Source of the DNA: Chitinophagales bacterium
Lineage (GTDB): Bacteria > Bacteroidota > Bacteroidia > Chitinophagales > BACL12
Reading direction: 5' to 3'
NCBI GenBank assembly: GCA_019694895.1
Contig: JAIBBA010000001.1
Span: 13,403 to 77,402 of the forward strand
Length of the DNA stretch: 64,000 nucleotides
This document shows, one piece after another, positions 62,073 through 64,000 of the stretch. Below the pieces are notes generated by a model. That model had not been told where the DNA came from and ran no database searches. It was given only the letters and a program-made list of their open reading frames with translations. Position numbers and translations under genes: made by a program. Within the stretch, counting starts at the first letter, position 1. Every line of letters begins with the position of its first letter.

Positions 62073-62669
62073 ATGAAAACAATAATTTGCATACTAATTC
62101 TAGCCTTGCCTGCTTCGCTGTTTGCACAGCGATACCCTACGGGGAAAGGTACTTACCGGGCAGGTGGGGGAGGTTCAATGTCAATTTCTGACAAGACAGA
62201 TTATTATGATTACAAGGTAACCATTACCCCGCGTTTTGGATATTTTGTTACAGATAATTTGCTCACCGGTTTCAGTATGAATTACACGATGGAACTGGAT
62301 ACGGCATTTACCTCTGCCATTAAATTCACACCACAAGCCAAGTATTTTTACAAGCTCAATCCGAGCACCTTTATTTTGGCAACTGCGGAATTCGGGCTCG
62401 ACAGATCAACAACATATGTTGATCCGAAATCAATTGTTGACCATAGCAGTGTGAGTTTTGGTCCGGGTGTTGCCTATTATTTCACAAGGAGGGTAGGGTT
62501 TGAGATTAACATCATGACTCAATTATATTTCCAACCCGATGGTTCGCATAATAATAAGGTGTACGCAGAAGGAGGATTTGTATTGAATGTGCTCAATAAA
62601 AATCAAAAGAAAAAGAATCCTTTCAAACAGAAGGGAGATTATGAAATAAAAGAAGATGATGATGAATGA
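62073..62669 (+). CDS. hypothetical outer-membrane beta-barrel-like protein with acidic/basic tail
   Basis: ATG 62073 gives the signal peptide MKTIICILILALPASLFAQ. Alternating beta-strand pattern, with tail NQKKKNPFKQKGDYEIKEDDDE. Confidence 0.5.
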   Translation: MKTIICILILALPASLFAQRYPTGKGTYRAGGGGSMSISDKTDYYDYKVTITPRFGYFVTDNLLTGFSMNYTMELDTAFTSAIKFTPQAKYFYKLNPSTFILATAEFGLDRSTTYVDPKSIVDHSSVSFGPGVAYYFTRRVGFEINIMTQLYFQPDGSHNNKVYAEGGFVLNVLNKNQKKKNPFKQKGDYEIKEDDDE

Positions 62670-62673
62670 TGCA

Positions 62674-64000
62674 TCACTTCCCTGCCATTTGTTTAATAAA
62701 GGAATATAACAGCCTCACGCCAACTCCACTTGCACCTTTTTGCTTATAGGCTTCATCATCCTTTAGAATAGCCGGACCTGCAATGTCGATATGCAGCCAA
62801 GGATAATCGGTAAAATGTTCAAGAAATTTCCCGGCAGTAGCGCTTCCACCTATTGCACCGCCAATATTTTTCATGTCGGCAACATCACTTTTCAGCATGT
62901 CGGCATATTCTTTCCAATAAGGTATTTCCCAGAGTCTTTCATAGGTAAGATCGCCACCTGCAATTAATTGTTCGCGATAGGTAGTATCCGTTCCCATCAA
63001 GGCGCTGCCGAGCGAACCGGTTATAGCTGCTGCTGCACCTGTAAGTGTTGCAAGATCGATTACGAGTGCAGGATTATATTTTTTAGCGTAGCTGAGTGCA
63101 TCACCAAGGATCAAGCGACCTTCAGCATCTGTGTTTAACACTTCAATGGTAGTGCCATCGTGCATGGTAATCACGTCGTCAGGCACTAATGCGTCTGAAT
63201 TAATGCGATTGTCTGTTGACGGGATCAATCCAATGCAATAAACAGGCAATTTATTTGTGGCGATGGCATACATGGCTCCGATCACAGCGGCAGCGCCACA
63301 CATATCCATTTTCATGCCCGGCATAGAAGCGCCTGTTTTAATACTATAGCCACCGGTATCGTAGGTAACACCTTTGCCCACAAAAATGAATGGGTCGATA
63401 TTAGTAGCGTTATCAGGTTTATATGTAAGGATAGAGAATGTAGGAGGCACGGAGCTACCGGCATTTACACCCAATAATCCGCCCATGCGAAGCGATTGAA
63501 TCTGAGCTTTATTCAGCACCTCAGTCTGAAAACCGGCGCGTTTCCCGGCTTCAACAGCAAATTCGCCAAGCTGAACGGAATTCAGACCAACAACAGGCTC
63601 GTTACCAAGGTCACGGGCAATATGGTTTGCAGCAATAACGGTATTCAGTTCATCAAGCTCAATGCCATCCACTGCGGCATCATCAATAAGCAAAGAGGTG
63701 AGGGAATTTACTTTTTTGTCTGATTTGTACTTCAGAAACTGGTAATTAGCCAACGCAACCCCTTCACAAAAGGCCAACAGTTCCTCCTTTGAGACGGAGG
63801 TTGAAGCCCTTAAGACAGTCGCCGATGTCACTTTTTCGTGATTTAAACGCTTGCAAATGTGACCGCCTTTTATCCTCGATTCCTCAAGTAGTTCTCCTAC
63901 TTTCGCGTTATCTGCAGGTGATTTCAATAAAACTGCCACTACATGCCCCATGCCGGAATGAAACAGGGTAATGCCGTTGTCCTTGTCATTGATCTTTGAA
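62674..64000 (-). CDS. pepA: M17 leucyl aminopeptidase (5' end probably beyond the window)
   Basis: VGKGVTYDTGGYSIK, MKMDMCGAAAV and NTDAEGRLILGD are canonical M17 motifs. The reading frame stays open upstream of the Met at 63951 up to the window edge, so the true start is uncertain. Confidence 0.92.
   Translation of the reverse strand, partial: SKINDKDNGITLFHSGMGHVVAVLLKSPADNAKVGELLEESRIKGGHICKRLNHEKVTSATVLRASTSVSKEELLAFCEGVALANYQFLKYKSDKKVNSLTSLLIDDAAVDGIELDELNTVIAANHIARDLGNEPVVGLNSVQLGEFAVEAGKRAGFQTEVLNKAQIQSLRMGGLLGVNAGSSVPPTFSILTYKPDNATNIDPFIFVGKGVTYDTGGYSIKTGASMPGMKMDMCGAAAVIGAMYAIATNKLPVYCIGLIPSTDNRINSDALVPDDVITMHDGTTIEVLNTDAEGRLILGDALSYAKKYNPALVIDLATLTGAAAAITGSLGSALMGTDTTYREQLIAGGDLTYERLWEIPYWKEYADMLKSDVADMKNIGGAIGGSATAGKFLEHFTDYPWLHIDIAGPAILKDDEAYKQKGASGVGVRLLYSFIKQMAGK

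Noticed and set aside
1-64000. A search of the whole window for mobile elements, prophage, toxin-antitoxin or known defence-system genes, and for rRNA or tRNA genes.
   Set aside because: No translated ORF shows integrase, transposase, recombinase, capsid, terminase, restriction, Cas, nuclease-NTPase or other defence hallmarks. I saw no rRNA-like or tRNA-like sequence. By eye, the window looks like core chromosome with envelope-related accessory genes.

Overview
This window reads as a chromosomal segment of a Bacteroidota-type genome. The evidence is two proteins with T9SS C-terminal sorting domains, a SusC/SusD pair, many lipobox and signal-peptide proteins, and TAnnTTTG-like -7 boxes. I call about 47 densely packed protein genes. 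Housekeeping genes include ndk, nrnA, a cyclophilin PPIase, a 2-oxoacid dehydrogenase E2, cinA, sucC, an RluA-family pseudouridine synthase, a THUMP RNA methyltransferase, a split mnmC (mnmD plus an FAD oxidoreductase), udk and an M17 aminopeptidase that runs off the right edge. Envelope and secreted genes include a SusC/SusD pair, a thioester alpha-2-macroglobulin lipoprotein with PBP1C, an M16 peptidase pair, two tandem 1200-aa FG-GAP/ASPIC-UnbV (CRTAC1-like) lipoproteins beside a vanadium-haloperoxidase/PAP2-like lipoprotein, an M1 aminopeptidase, a rhomboid protease, AlkB and several beta-barrel candidates. I saw no rRNA, tRNA, CRISPR array, transposase, integrase, prophage or recognisable defence genes. 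I could not find a clear-cut novel multi-gene system. The observations most worth a second look are listed here. (1) A dispersed intergenic element made of phased 7-8 bp tandem repeats (AATCGTG / AGTGG(G)TG / CTCCTYY) with inverted arms sits at two gene 3' ends (about 17.7 kb and 50.7 kb), and at the second locus it supplies a gene's stop codon. (2) Eight GTAC / TGTACC motifs cluster in 146 bp upstream of a membrane-anchored coiled-coil protein. (3) The A2M and PBP1C pair is split by a secreted SGNH-like esterase and by an uncharacterised 8-repeat protein whose stop lies 2 nt from the pbpC start. (4) The CRTAC1-like tandem pair lies next to the haloperoxidase-like gene. (5) A 370-bp gene-free region carries its own plus-strand terminator and may be an sRNA or a long 3' UTR. 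All protein calls rest on motifs I recognise by eye in the supplied translations. No database search was run.
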